Shown piece after piece: positions 1-9,507 of a DNA stretch of 31,244 bases (positions are counted from its first letter, which is position 1; the number at the start of each line of letters is the position of its first letter). Origin of the DNA: an uncultured virus (IMG/VR IMGVR_UViG_3300037459_000123) (taxonomy: Duplodnaviria; Heunggongvirae; Uroviricota; Caudoviricetes). The stretch is from IMG/VR virus record IMGVR_UViG_3300037459_000123; one strand, given 5' to 3'. Under the pieces are notes generated by a model that was not told the origin of the DNA, made no database searches, and saw nothing but the letters and a program-made list of their open reading frames with translations. The position numbers and the translations under genes were made by a program.

Positions 1-753
1 GGCGGGAATCCGTTTCCGTTTCAGTTCGGCGGCTCCAAGACGCCGACGGAGCAGGCGTATGACTTGCTCAAGCAAGCGGTCGGGGTGGGGAACTCGGCGG
101 CGCAGGAGGATCCCGATAAGTCGATCATTGAGTCGTGGAGGTTTGCCCGAGCGCGTGGACTGTCGTCGGTCATGGATGTCGAGCGTGCTGTCTCCAATGC
201 GTTCCCGAACATCGCCACGGATTTCATCCCGGTGTACGAGCAGATCCTCGGGCTGTCATTTCCGGTCGGTACGCCTGACGAGACCAAGCGTAAGGATCTG
301 ACGACTGCGTACACGCGAGCGATCGATGCCACACTTCCTAAGCTGGAGGCCGATCTCAAGGAGATCGAGCCGACGGTTACGTTGGTGGTCATCGACTATG
401 ATCCGCTCGATCCGCTTGCAGCGCGCGATCAAACGAGGGACGGGCAGGTCGGGCGTTACTTTGAGGACTGGGATCCGGCGGATCCCGATGCGAGTGGGCC
501 GCCGTTCAATCTTCCGAGAGGCGCAGGGCTCGCGAAGATCACGAGCTTTCCGAACTTTTCCGATGACTTCATTCTCAAGGTAGAGTACCCGCTCCCGGTG
601 GGCACACTGTCTGCGTTCAACAAACGGCAGATCACGCGCATGCAGGATTTTCTCAACGATGCACTTCCCGCATGGGTTGGCTTTACGATTTTCACCAAGG
701 ATGCGGGATTTGTACTCGATCAAGACCTTTTGGATGTTACCGTGTTCGCGTGA
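1..753 (+). CDS. Putative baseplate wedge protein (DUF2313/YmfQ-like), 5'-truncated
   Basis: Frame 1 is open from base 1 (GGNPFPFQFGGSKTPTEQAYDLLKQ...). 'IPVYEQILGL...ETKRKDL' and C-terminal 'LNDALPAWVGF' resemble Mu gp48/DUF2313-type proteins. It precedes tail-fibre genes. Confidence 0.6.
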   Translation, partial: GGNPFPFQFGGSKTPTEQAYDLLKQAVGVGNSAAQEDPDKSIIESWRFARARGLSSVMDVERAVSNAFPNIATDFIPVYEQILGLSFPVGTPDETKRKDLTTAYTRAIDATLPKLEADLKEIEPTVTLVVIDYDPLDPLAARDQTRDGQVGRYFEDWDPADPDASGPPFNLPRGAGLAKITSFPNFSDDFILKVEYPLPVGTLSAFNKRQITRMQDFLNDALPAWVGFTIFTKDAGFVLDQDLLDVTVFA

Positions 754-755
754 TC

Positions 756-1106
756 ATGCAGGAATGGGCCGACAGTACGATTGCGATGAGCGCGTACAAC
801 CTTCTGGGAGTTGCGGGAATCACGATGTCGGTGATGCAGATTCACGAGCGGCTTGACGCGCAGCAACATGTCGGTCTGGATATGGTGCAACTCCGCACTG
901 CGTTGGACGCACTTGTGGAGCGCGATCTCGTCACGCGGATGCGCAAGGGTTGGAAGAGCAAGGATCGAAAAGGGCGCCCGGTGATTGTGCGAGATAAGAG
1001 CGATGCGGTCGTGGATGAGGAGGCCGGTACGGTCTCGGGCGGCTGGGAGGGCTGGCAAGTCCGCGACGGTAAGCGGATGATGTCCGTCCAGGAGGCAACG
1101 GCATGA
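756..1106 (+). CDS. Hypothetical protein, possible winged-helix fold
   Basis: ATG at 756 just after the previous stop. ATGA overlap with the next gene. 'MSVMQIHERL...QLRTALDALVERDLV' looks wHTH-like. Confidence 0.55.
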   Translation: MQEWADSTIAMSAYNLLGVAGITMSVMQIHERLDAQQHVGLDMVQLRTALDALVERDLVTRMRKGWKSKDRKGRPVIVRDKSDAVVDEEAGTVSGGWEGWQVRDGKRMMSVQEATA

Positions 1107-2071
1107 CTTTTGTCCGTAAGAACCCGCTCGGGTGGGCGCTGTTCGAGTTGCTGACCAGCACGCAGATGAACGGGATCGACATCGATCTCACGTTTGCAGT
1201 CGATGGACGTGACGGCGGTGCTTACAATCCGACCGCTACCGTGGAGATCGGAGGCACGGCGGGTGGCATTCTGCCGGTCAAGTTTGTCGGCTCGACGAGT
1301 TTGGCTGGTGTGCCGCACAACGCGGCAGAAGGCGTCGGCGGGGTCAACAACAACGCAGGCGGCGGGCTGTCAGGTGACGGCTATTTCGGCACGGGTGGGG
1401 ACTCCGGCGTGTTGGCCGCCGCAGGGCGCGGCATCCGAGGCCTCGGTGGTGACGGAGCGGGGCTTGGAGGGCCTGGCGTATTCGGTCGTGGCGGCGCGGC
1501 CAGCACTGCCACTGGCGGCCTGGGAGGTGATTTCGCGGGCGGAGCCGGATTGATCGTGGGCGGTGGCGGCGTCAAGGGACGCGGCATCGACGGCGGCACG
1601 GGCGCGGGCGGCATCGGCGGTCTGTTTACGGGCGGCGATGCTACGAACTCGGGTGCATCGGGTGCTGTTGGCCTAGATGCCACGGCGGGCAACGGCACAG
1701 TGGCGGGTTCTTTTGCGGGCATCGGCGCGATTATTCGGGGCGGTGTCAGCACGGGTTCGGGTGCGACTGGAGTGCAGGCGTTGGGTGGGGATGGCTCGGG
1801 AGGATCTGGAAACGGCGCGACTGGACTATTGGGTATCGGCGGAGATGGTGCAGGTAGTGGGGTTGGCGGCGCAGGTGTCCAGGGCATTGGAGGAAATACG
1901 GGATACGGAGTGATCGCTCAGGCCGACACCACGACTCCAGCGCGGTCGGCCTTCCGGATCGTTCCACAAGATGCGGATCCAGTCGTCGGTTCTTCCCAGA
2001 CCGGGGACCTCTACGTGACCACGGTAGGCGTGCTGCGGATTTTCGACGGAGCGGCCTGGGTCAACGTCTGA
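1103..2071 (+). CDS. Glycine-rich tail fibre protein
   Basis: Long GxG/GGxG-rich central region. C-terminal 'GDLYVTT..LRIFDGAAWVNV' is typical of fibre tips. Follows the baseplate gene. Confidence 0.65.
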   Translation: MTFVRKNPLGWALFELLTSTQMNGIDIDLTFAVDGRDGGAYNPTATVEIGGTAGGILPVKFVGSTSLAGVPHNAAEGVGGVNNNAGGGLSGDGYFGTGGDSGVLAAAGRGIRGLGGDGAGLGGPGVFGRGGAASTATGGLGGDFAGGAGLIVGGGGVKGRGIDGGTGAGGIGGLFTGGDATNSGASGAVGLDATAGNGTVAGSFAGIGAIIRGGVSTGSGATGVQALGGDGSGGSGNGATGLLGIGGDGAGSGVGGAGVQGIGGNTGYGVIAQADTTTPARSAFRIVPQDADPVVGSSQTGDLYVTTVGVLRIFDGAAWVNV

Positions 2072-2084
2072 TCGCAGCGATGGA

Positions 2085-3197
2085 ATGGCCAACTTCAATG
2101 TCATCACGCGACGGGACTACCGAGACGTCCAAGGGCTCCTCCTAGACGCGCGCGCTGAGAACATCCTGGAGGATCCGGCGTCGCCCGGCATCTTCGGAGC
2201 TTGGAAAAATACCGCGCCGACGGTGAAGGCGGGGGATCCGCGATTTGGTGACATCGTCACCGGGGCAACTCCTCCGACGGTCGTGCCAGGGGTCAGTGCC
2301 ACGTTCACCAAGGCCAGTTCCCAGAGCCTCCAGGCCGGTCTCACGGCCACCATTGCCCCGGTCGAGTCGTGGGCCCTTGGGTTCAAGGCGGCCAAGGGAG
2401 GGTCTGCTGTGGACCCCCAGGCGGTGTTTGGTGGCAAGAATGACGACTTGATCGCGTATCGGCGCAATGGTGGGGATGTCGGTTACAAGCACAATGGAAC
2501 GCTGGAGGTCGGCGGCGGTAACGGCGATATGGCCGACGCGCAGCATCTCCTCGTGTTCGACGGCGCGGCTGGACTCGACTGGTACGAGGACGGTGTGCTT
2601 CTGTTCTCGGATGCGGTGACTCCGATCGGATTCGATGCGGAGGTCGGCGACTCCATTCTGATCGGGCGTTCGCTGGCGGGCGAGTATTTCGATGGCGTAC
2701 TCAACAGCCTCCAGATCTGGGGCCGCAACATCTCGCCAAAGGAGCGGGATTTCATTTTTGCAAGCATCGATCCTGCAACTGATCACTCTGCAAGTGTTCG
2801 CGCGCAGATGGTGCTCAGGCAGTGGAATGACGACACGGCAGATCCATCGGAGCCGCGTGAGTATGATCGGCTCAATCCTGAGCCGGGGATTCCACACCTG
2901 TACATTTCGGCGCGCTCGGCCGGGCCGCTACCTGCCAATCCGGTTGTGGTTCAGTTCGCCTGCGAAATCGGAGGCGTCGTGCTTCCAGATTCGGGCCTCG
3001 GTGGGGACCTGTTCGAGATGTCCTTTGTGGAAACGGCGTTCAACTCGCTGCCGATCGTAACGCAGGACGCGGGCTGGTCGGCTGTATTTGATGTCCAGTT
3101 GTCGCGGGAGGGTCACTACACGTTTCTATTCACACGGGACGGTGGCACGTACCGAGGTGGGCGCGTCGTCCATCTCGATTTGGAGGAGGGGCCGTAG
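2085..3197 (+). CDS. Virion protein with LamG/concanavalin A-like domain
   Basis: 'HLLVFDG..LDWYEDG', 'ILIGR...YFDGVLNSLQIWGRNISPKE' match the LamG-like jelly-roll signature. Confidence 0.7.
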   Translation: MANFNVITRRDYRDVQGLLLDARAENILEDPASPGIFGAWKNTAPTVKAGDPRFGDIVTGATPPTVVPGVSATFTKASSQSLQAGLTATIAPVESWALGFKAAKGGSAVDPQAVFGGKNDDLIAYRRNGGDVGYKHNGTLEVGGGNGDMADAQHLLVFDGAAGLDWYEDGVLLFSDAVTPIGFDAEVGDSILIGRSLAGEYFDGVLNSLQIWGRNISPKERDFIFASIDPATDHSASVRAQMVLRQWNDDTADPSEPREYDRLNPEPGIPHLYISARSAGPLPANPVVVQFACEIGGVVLPDSGLGGDLFEMSFVETAFNSLPIVTQDAGWSAVFDVQLSREGHYTFLFTRDGGTYRGGRVVHLDLEEGP

Positions 3198-3577
3198 TGG
3201 CGGACGAGCGAATCGACATCATCAGCCCCACGACTCTCGGCGAGGACAAGATCAAGATCACGCTCTCGCCGCTGTCGGATCCTGCGTTCGTTGAGAGTCC
3301 GATCACGGTGGACTTTGATTACTCGGAGGCTGACGAGGAGGGTGGGTTGCGCTTTCCGATCAACGTCGAGGTCATTCCGGCATTCGGCGACGGTACCGGA
3401 TACCAACGCGAGGAGTTCCGCCGGTCGCGACCGTCGAGCTTTAGCTTTCGCGCGGCGGGCGCAGGGGAGCACTTGATTCTGATCAAGGAGTCGGCGCACA
3501 ACAAGTGGCAAGGTCGGCTCCTCATTGATGTCGAGGGTGAGGAGTTTACACAGATCCCAGTGGGTGAGAGAAACTAG
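3197..3577 (+). CDS. Hypothetical virion protein (beta-rich)
   Basis: TAG/GTG overlap with the upstream gene, GGAGG SD, tail-module context. Confidence 0.65.
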   Translation: MADERIDIISPTTLGEDKIKITLSPLSDPAFVESPITVDFDYSEADEEGGLRFPINVEVIPAFGDGTGYQREEFRRSRPSSFSFRAAGAGEHLILIKESAHNKWQGRLLIDVEGEEFTQIPVGERN

Positions 3578-3580
3578 CTA

Positions 3581-5242
3581 GTGGCAACGCTGAACGCGGC
3601 GAGGTTTACGATCAACTCCGACCCGGCTGTCGATGGCGCGGGCGATCGTGGGTATGACGCCGTCCACACCGAGACCCTCGACATCGAGTTGGAGGCCAAC
3701 CCATCTCCGGCTACGTCGGTCACCTATGACGTGTTCGACGGCGATGATCTTGGCCCGAGCCCCAAGGCGTCCAAGGCCGCCCCGCTCCTGACGTTCGTTT
3801 CCAACGGCGCGGCGCAGGTCAAGCCCACGGACAAGCAGGCGATCGAGCAGTTGATCATGCCAGGGTCGGGCGTTCACTCGTGGCTCATCCGGGCAACGGT
3901 CAACATCCCCACGATCGACCCGGAGCCACAGGCGCAGGTGTTCGAACGCCTCGTGGTCATTCGCGCGACAACGATCAGCCCGCCCATTCGTAAGACGGTG
4001 CCGGGGGAGTCGATTCAGTATCTCTCTCGGGCCTGGTCAGACTCCATCAACGACCTGATCGACGCGCTCATCAGTGGGCCCGGAGTGGGTGAGGCGAACA
4101 CCGCCACTAATACAGGCGCGGGCGCAGGTGTGTTCCGGCAAAAGGTCGGAGTTGATTTGGAGTACCGCAGTCTCGTGAGCGCGGGCGATGCTGCCCCGTT
4201 GTTGAGCATCGCGGAGACGATCGGGCCGGACGACGAGGTCGAGTTCACGCTGAATCACATGTTTGCCAACGGGGCATTCGATGACAATGCGTTTTTCGGG
4301 GTGGACGCAGGCAACGTCGGCACACAGTCGGGCTCGGGTAACTCGGGGTTCGGCAGCCAGGCGCTTGAGATCCTTACGTCCGGCGACCGCAACGTGGGGA
4401 TTGGTGCTGGCGCAGGGGTGGCACTGACCTCGGGGGACGACAACGTGTTTGTGGGTCCGGGTGCTGGCCTTACCGCTGGCACTGGTAGTCGCAACATCCT
4501 CATTGGCAGCTTCGCCGACGTCCCCGCGGCGGGAACTAACGATCATCTGAATCTCGGCGATCTGTTGTTTGGCGACCTGCTCAACGACCGGGTTCGCATT
4601 GGCGGCTCTGGAGTGGCGGCCGGTCCGCATAGCTTCGACATCATCCAGGCCACCAACGACCAGACGGCCGTGACCCGGATCGAGACGACCGGCACGAACG
4701 GCGCGGCGGGCCGGACTTTCATCGGGGATCGGACGCCGATCGGGAACGTGACCGGCAACCCGGGCGACGAGTACCGGCGCATCGGTACAGGCGGGGCCGC
4801 GACTCGATATGTCCACCAGGGTGGCGCGGCCAACAACACCGACTGGGTCGACATGGGCCGGACGGCGGAGCGCTTCTACGTCGAGGAAGAGGCCGAGACG
4901 ACTACGACCGGCGCTGCGTTCCTCCAGAAGATCCGCCTGGACACCATCGTCTCGATCCCGGCCGGGCGGTACAAACTGTCATGGGACTTCACTTGGCGTC
5001 GGGCCAGTACCAACAATGACATCGAGGTGCGGGTTGAGCAGGACGACGCGACACTGCTGTGGAACATGCGCACCGAGCCCACCAACAACTCTGTAACCGA
5101 TCGGAACCCCGCGGCTGCTTCCAAGGAGTTCACGCTGACTGCTGGGATCCGTACCTTTGATCTCGATTTCCGGAACGTCAGCGGGGCGGTCACGGTTGGG
5201 CTGTCGCGGGCCCACATGCGGCTGGAGAGGATCGGACCGTGA
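3581..5242 (+). CDS. Tail fibre/adhesin-like protein with N-x-x-x-G beta-roll repeats
   Basis: Repeats 'NAFFGVDAG', 'NSGFGSQAL..LTSGDRNVGIGAGAG', 'NVFVGPGAG', 'NILIG' resemble YadA/Hep-Hag-like repeats found in phage fibres. Confidence 0.7.
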   Translation: MATLNAARFTINSDPAVDGAGDRGYDAVHTETLDIELEANPSPATSVTYDVFDGDDLGPSPKASKAAPLLTFVSNGAAQVKPTDKQAIEQLIMPGSGVHSWLIRATVNIPTIDPEPQAQVFERLVVIRATTISPPIRKTVPGESIQYLSRAWSDSINDLIDALISGPGVGEANTATNTGAGAGVFRQKVGVDLEYRSLVSAGDAAPLLSIAETIGPDDEVEFTLNHMFANGAFDDNAFFGVDAGNVGTQSGSGNSGFGSQALEILTSGDRNVGIGAGAGVALTSGDDNVFVGPGAGLTAGTGSRNILIGSFADVPAAGTNDHLNLGDLLFGDLLNDRVRIGGSGVAAGPHSFDIIQATNDQTAVTRIETTGTNGAAGRTFIGDRTPIGNVTGNPGDEYRRIGTGGAATRYVHQGGAANNTDWVDMGRTAERFYVEEEAETTTTGAAFLQKIRLDTIVSIPAGRYKLSWDFTWRRASTNNDIEVRVEQDDATLLWNMRTEPTNNSVTDRNPAAASKEFTLTAGIRTFDLDFRNVSGAVTVGLSRAHMRLERIGP

Positions 5243-5835
5243 GCTTCACCATCCCCAAGGTGATTTCGACCGATTTTGTTGCATTGATCGAGCCGCTACC
5301 CGATGGCGGGTCGTTGCAGGAGGAGGTCAACGAGGCGATCAGCACAGCGGTCTGCGAAGTCGTGAACTGCAACGCGGGTGCTGATAGTTGTGATCTGATT
5401 TTTGACGTCGAGCCGAGCGCTGGGGACAAGACGGCGATCGATGGAATCGTTGCGGCCCACACTGGCGAGATTGTTGGTGTAGGTATGGAAAGTATAGTGA
5501 CGGCGACGTTTGGCCCGAGTCCGACCATAGTCGCGAGTCCGGGTGACACTCCGACGATCGATTGGAATCTCTGTCAGAAGTATGAGATTACGCTCGACGC
5601 GACCGTGACCGGAATCACGTTCATCGACCCGCCTGGAATCGGCAACTTCATGCTGATCGTGAAGCAGCCCGCTGGCGCCAACCATCCGATCGAGTCAGGG
5701 GCCTGGCCAGGCAATGTGAGATGGTCCCTCGGGCTCAAACCGATCATGACGCCGACAAATGAGGCGGTCGATATCCTTGCGTTTTACTACGATGGGACTG
5801 ATTATCACGGGGCTTACAGCCCGGACGGCAAGTAG
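5239..5835 (+). CDS. Tail-fibre-associated protein
   Basis: GTGA overlap. C-terminal domain 'TIDWN...ITL...P...VDILAFYYDGTDYHG' is common in phage fibre proteins. Confidence 0.65.
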   Translation: MSFTIPKVISTDFVALIEPLPDGGSLQEEVNEAISTAVCEVVNCNAGADSCDLIFDVEPSAGDKTAIDGIVAAHTGEIVGVGMESIVTATFGPSPTIVASPGDTPTIDWNLCQKYEITLDATVTGITFIDPPGIGNFMLIVKQPAGANHPIESGAWPGNVRWSLGLKPIMTPTNEAVDILAFYYDGTDYHGAYSPDGK

Positions 5836-5865
5836 AGAAACCGGTTTGCAGAAAGGCAATGACAA

Positions 5866-6297
5866 ATGAGTCTAGGAGACACAACTGAGAACGAGCTGGC
5901 CCTGTTGATTTTTCAAGGGACAGCGATGGCGGACATCGCCGAGAACGACCAGACTTCTCCTGCGACAGACTTCGATATCGCGCTGCACACCGCAGACCCT
6001 GGCGAGGGCGGTACGATGGCCACAAGCGAGGCTGCCTACGCGGGTTACGCTCGCGAGACGGTCGCCCGCACGTCAGGTGGTTGGACTGTTGCAGCAGCGA
6101 ACGTCAGCAACACCGCGTTGATCACGTTTACCATTTCGACTGACGGGCCCGAGAGCCTCACTCATTTCTCGGTGGGTAAGGTTGGCGGTGGGGCCACGCA
6201 GATCATCGCGTCCGGTGCCCTCGATTCCACTCTTGTTGTGAACAACGGGATCACACCCGAGTTCGCGATTGGGGCGTTGGACATCGACTGGGACTGA
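5866..6297 (+). CDS. Small phage fibre/adaptor protein
   Basis: 'IALHTADPGEGG...EAAYAGYAR...W...SNTALITF...HFSVG...GAL...V..G..P.FAIGAL' is a widespread phage structural family that often sits before Ala/Gly/Thr-repeat fibres. Confidence 0.75.
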   Translation: MSLGDTTENELALLIFQGTAMADIAENDQTSPATDFDIALHTADPGEGGTMATSEAAYAGYARETVARTSGGWTVAAANVSNTALITFTISTDGPESLTHFSVGKVGGGATQIIASGALDSTLVVNNGITPEFAIGALDIDWD

Positions 6298-6304
6298 TCT
6301 CCCT

Positions 6305-6703
6305 GTGGAGATCATTGCACGCAGCCGGACCTCCTACCGGGTGGATGTCGCATGGCACACCCTGGAGGAGGATTACCGCATCGGCCTCGTCATGGACGGC
6401 ACCTGCATCGCCATGATGCAGCGCCCCGTTGCTGCCAAGCTCGCCCGGCTGCTGAGGCAGCGCGCCGGGCTGGCACGTGACGGAGTTAGCGAGGCGAAGC
6501 GTTTCAAGCTGGCCCGGCGCGGCTCCGTGTACGCTCACGACGGCGCGGTCTATTTGGTGCACAAGGCTGACTGGACGTACCAGCTTGCACCCGCGGAGGC
6601 GGAAGAGTTGGCGGCTGAGATTGAGCGCCAAGTCCGGGCGTCGATGGACGATGGGCAGATGATCGGTCTTGGTCGGATGGGCCGGTTGTACCGGGTTGGG
6701 TGA
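6305..6703 (+). CDS. Hypothetical protein
   Basis: Fills the gap between two structural genes. GTG at 6305 chosen as start, which is uncertain. Confidence 0.55.
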   Translation: MEIIARSRTSYRVDVAWHTLEEDYRIGLVMDGTCIAMMQRPVAAKLARLLRQRAGLARDGVSEAKRFKLARRGSVYAHDGAVYLVHKADWTYQLAPAEAEELAAEIERQVRASMDDGQMIGLGRMGRLYRVG

Positions 6704-6709
6704 TGTCAG

Positions 6710-8347
6710 GTGGCTACCGAACGACAATCGCCTGACGCAATCCTGGAGTTCGAAAACTTCGTTTCTGCCCCCCTTATCCGGATCCAGGATGATCCGGATA
6801 CACCAGACGCGCTCTGGTTTAACTCTGGCGATCCCGACCCCTCCAACAACGTCAACACGCTTGCTAGGACATCGTTCGCGACTCCGACAGGTTCGCCCAC
6901 AGTGGGAGCGGGCCTGCAAGAGTTTCGTATTCTGGTCCGCAAGAGTTTCAGCAGCGGGAGTCAGGAACCTGATGCGCGGATCGAGTTGTGGGAGGACGGC
7001 TCTCTCGTTCGAGCGGGGTCGGATGTGGCGGTTGTCAACAAGACCGGGCAGGTGGTCTCATTCACATGGAATGCGAACGAACTGGCCACCGCAGACGGCA
7101 GCCTGGTTGAGTGCAAGTTTGTTGGTACTAAAACGGGAGGCAATCCCTCTACGCGTGCCTGTGTTGATCTCGGCGCGGTCGAATGGAACGTGGACTATGT
7201 TCCCGGCGTCTCACCGATTGCCGGAACCGCAGATGTCGGCGCCGCAGCGACCGGCGACCTGACAGGACAGGGGACCCTTGCCGGGGCTGCTGATATAGGA
7301 GCCGCAGGAACTGCGGATTTGAAGGGGCGCGGTACTTTGGCGGGTGCTGCCGCGGTCGGGGCGGCTGCGACTGGCGATTTATTAGATGCGGTCGGAGGCC
7401 CGAGCCCGATCAGCGGGACGGCTGCGGTAGGGGTAGCGGCGACTGCTGATCTGAAGGGGCGAGGGGTGATCAGCGGGGTGGCTGCGGTAGGGGCAGCGGC
7501 GATTGCCGATTTGAATGGGAGGGGGGCTCTCACCGGTACAGCCGCCGCGGGGGCATCGGCGACTGCGGATTTGAATGGGCGGGCGGTGTTGGCGGGGACT
7601 GCCGCGGTGGGCGCTCAGGGTTCCGCAGATCTAGATGGCTTGGGGGTGCTTGCTGGTAGCTCGCCAGTGGGTGCCGCGGCTTTTGCCGATCTCAATGGAC
7701 GCGGCGTCTTGGCCGGGGCTGTTACGGTTGGCGCGGTGGCGACGGGGCCGCTGGTCGGCACGGGTGCGCTGGCGGCGACGGTGGCCGTGGGTGCGGTAGC
7801 AACTGGCGATTTAGTAGATGCGGCCGGGGGCGAGATCAGCGGCACGGCAACAGTCGGCGTGGCCGCAACCGCCGCACTTGGGGCTATCGGTCTGCTCGCC
7901 GGGCCCGCGTCCGCCGGGGCTGTAGCAACTGCCGTTCTCGGCGGATTGGGCTCGCTGGCCACCACAACGTTGGTAGGAGCTACGGGCTCTGCAAACCTGG
8001 GCGCCCGCGGTGCGTTGATAGGCGCGACGACAGTCGTCGCTACCGGAAGCGCTGCCCTTCAAGCCGGGGCTGCACTCGTCGGTGCCATGTCGGTGGGTGC
8101 TGTCGCAAATGCCACGCTCGTGGCTACTGGTGCACTTGCTGGGGTTGCTGCCGTCGGGGCAACGACGAGCGGCGATTTAGTAAATGCAACCGCAGGCGCG
8201 GTCAGCGGGACGGCGACGGCGTTCGTAGTGGGTTCCGGCGTCCTGGTTGGCGCTGGGGTGCTGAGCGGCGTTTCTATAGTAGGCGCCACGGCGAGGGGGT
8301 CACTCGGCGCGCCAGTCGGGGCTGTTTTCATAGGGATGAACTTCTGA
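6710..8347 (+). CDS. Fibre-like protein: N-terminal beta domain plus ~18 Ala/Gly/Val/Thr-rich 20-aa repeats
   Basis: Repeat unit like TLAGAADIGAAGTADLKGRG is visible from residue ~168 to the end. Confidence 0.75.
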   Translation: MATERQSPDAILEFENFVSAPLIRIQDDPDTPDALWFNSGDPDPSNNVNTLARTSFATPTGSPTVGAGLQEFRILVRKSFSSGSQEPDARIELWEDGSLVRAGSDVAVVNKTGQVVSFTWNANELATADGSLVECKFVGTKTGGNPSTRACVDLGAVEWNVDYVPGVSPIAGTADVGAAATGDLTGQGTLAGAADIGAAGTADLKGRGTLAGAAAVGAAATGDLLDAVGGPSPISGTAAVGVAATADLKGRGVISGVAAVGAAAIADLNGRGALTGTAAAGASATADLNGRAVLAGTAAVGAQGSADLDGLGVLAGSSPVGAAAFADLNGRGVLAGAVTVGAVATGPLVGTGALAATVAVGAVATGDLVDAAGGEISGTATVGVAATAALGAIGLLAGPASAGAVATAVLGGLGSLATTTLVGATGSANLGARGALIGATTVVATGSAALQAGAALVGAMSVGAVANATLVATGALAGVAAVGATTSGDLVNATAGAVSGTATAFVVGSGVLVGAGVLSGVSIVGATARGSLGAPVGAVFIGMNF

Positions 8348-8366
8348 CATGGCCCGACCGGATCTC

Positions 8367-8395
8367 TTGACTCCCCAGGGCGGTGTGTGCATGGT
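8367..8395 (+). promoter_or_regulatory. Putative sigma70-type promoter
   Basis: TTGACT (8367-8372), 17 bp, CATGGT (8390-8395) preceded by TG, in the intergenic gap. AGGAG SD precedes ATG 8426. Confidence 0.4.
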
Positions 8396-8425
8396 CCTTT
8401 TTGAACTCTCCAGGAGCGATCACCG

Positions 8426-8881
8426 ATGACGACACCCGGACTTGCACGACTCAACGACGCGATTGCCCGAGTGGAGGCCATGGAGCAGGGAGCCGCTCTG
8501 AAACCACTCTGGAAGGGCGGCACGCCCGGCAACTCGTTTGTCGATGGAGATGCCGTCGCGTGTAACTTCGGCGATCTTGTGATGTACGATTGCCCGAGCG
8601 GCGACTCGATCGAGATGGACCTACCGCCCGCCGTCGCCGCCGACGTGGGCAAGCGGATCGGGTTCCACTACACGGCAGCCGGGGCCAAGGCGATCGGCAC
8701 CATCACGCTCGATCCCGATGGCACGGACAGCATCGAGGGTCTCGGTGCTGGAACGTCCAGGGTTTTGGACGCGGCCGGTGATGCGACTCCGTGGTTCGAA
8801 CTCACGTATGACGGCAATGGCCGATGGAATATTACGAAGGGCCTCGACCAAAAGGCTCCGGTCGACTTCTTCATTCCGTGA
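8426..8881 (+). CDS. Putative short fibre/decoration protein
   Basis: N-terminal short coiled coil, then 'MDLPPA..DVGKRI...ITLDPDGTDSIEG...FELTYDGNGRW', a typical phage fibre beta domain. Confidence 0.7.
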   Translation: MTTPGLARLNDAIARVEAMEQGAALKPLWKGGTPGNSFVDGDAVACNFGDLVMYDCPSGDSIEMDLPPAVAADVGKRIGFHYTAAGAKAIGTITLDPDGTDSIEGLGAGTSRVLDAAGDATPWFELTYDGNGRWNITKGLDQKAPVDFFIP

Positions 8882-9474
8882 GCAAGCGGCTGATGCGGCC
8901 TCGGTACGAGGTCACCGCGGCGGAAATCGAGGACAGTTTCACCATCGCGGAGCCGATGGGTGGCGGTCAGGCGCAGGACCATAACGCCAACCTGTCCAAC
9001 CCGTTCGAGTACGAGGGTGGGATCCCGTTGGAGCGGCGACCGCTTGAGGACACCCCGTACCGCTACCAATTGGCTATCTCGTTCACGACCGAGAATCCGA
9101 ATTTTGTGGAGTGGCGGGAGCGGTGTCACATGACACCGTCCGGCAGCGAGGTCAGTGGAGTGATGGTGTATGACGGGGACGAAGTGATCGCCGCCTACAC
9201 GGCCAAGGGTGATCAACCGCGTCCCCCGTGGGTGGTGCAGGTTCACCGCGACTACCGGAAGGACAGCAAGAAGAATCCGGGCGGCGGTCTTGCGACACTC
9301 GCGATCCTCCAGTGGTTCAAGGCGGCGCCGTTCCTGAACCTGGAAGTGGGCTGGCCAGCCAACCCGGTTTCGGCCAGGGCGTTCGCGTCGGCCCACCGGA
9401 AATATCTTCAGTGGGAGATCGATCGCGGAACCATCGTCCCTGAGAATGTGATCGAGTCACTCAAAGCAGCTTGA
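8878..9474 (+). CDS. Hypothetical protein
   Basis: GTGA overlap at 8878 (ATG 8893 is an alternative). The C-terminal half ('VQVHRDYR...GGGLAT') is faintly GNAT-like. Confidence 0.6.
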   Translation: MSKRLMRPRYEVTAAEIEDSFTIAEPMGGGQAQDHNANLSNPFEYEGGIPLERRPLEDTPYRYQLAISFTTENPNFVEWRERCHMTPSGSEVSGVMVYDGDEVIAAYTAKGDQPRPPWVVQVHRDYRKDSKKNPGGGLATLAILQWFKAAPFLNLEVGWPANPVSARAFASAHRKYLQWEIDRGTIVPENVIESLKAA

Positions 9475-9507
9475 CCGATCGCCCGGAGTTGTTTCAGACT
9501 GACGCCG
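9471..9507 (+). promoter_or_regulatory. Putative leaderless promoter, class B (TTGACC-N18-CAGACT-N7-ATG)
   Basis: TTGACC 9471-9476, CAGACT 9495-9500, gACGCCg, ATG 9508. No SD. The same architecture recurs at 9992-10028. Confidence 0.55.

Noticed and set aside
1381..1887. Pro-rich minus-strand ORF (and similar long antisense ORFs at 11202, 17184, 19855, 23238, 24848)
   Set aside because: Antisense shadows of well-supported + strand genes, expected at this GC content.
5838..5847. 10-bp palindrome AAACCGGTTT between two tail genes
   Set aside because: Single short copy with no U-tract or recurrence, compatible with chance.
1103..8347. Possible diversity-generating retroelement or invertible tail-fibre cassette
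   Set aside because: No reverse transcriptase or invertase, and no TR/VR-like ~100-bp near-duplicate was seen in the window.
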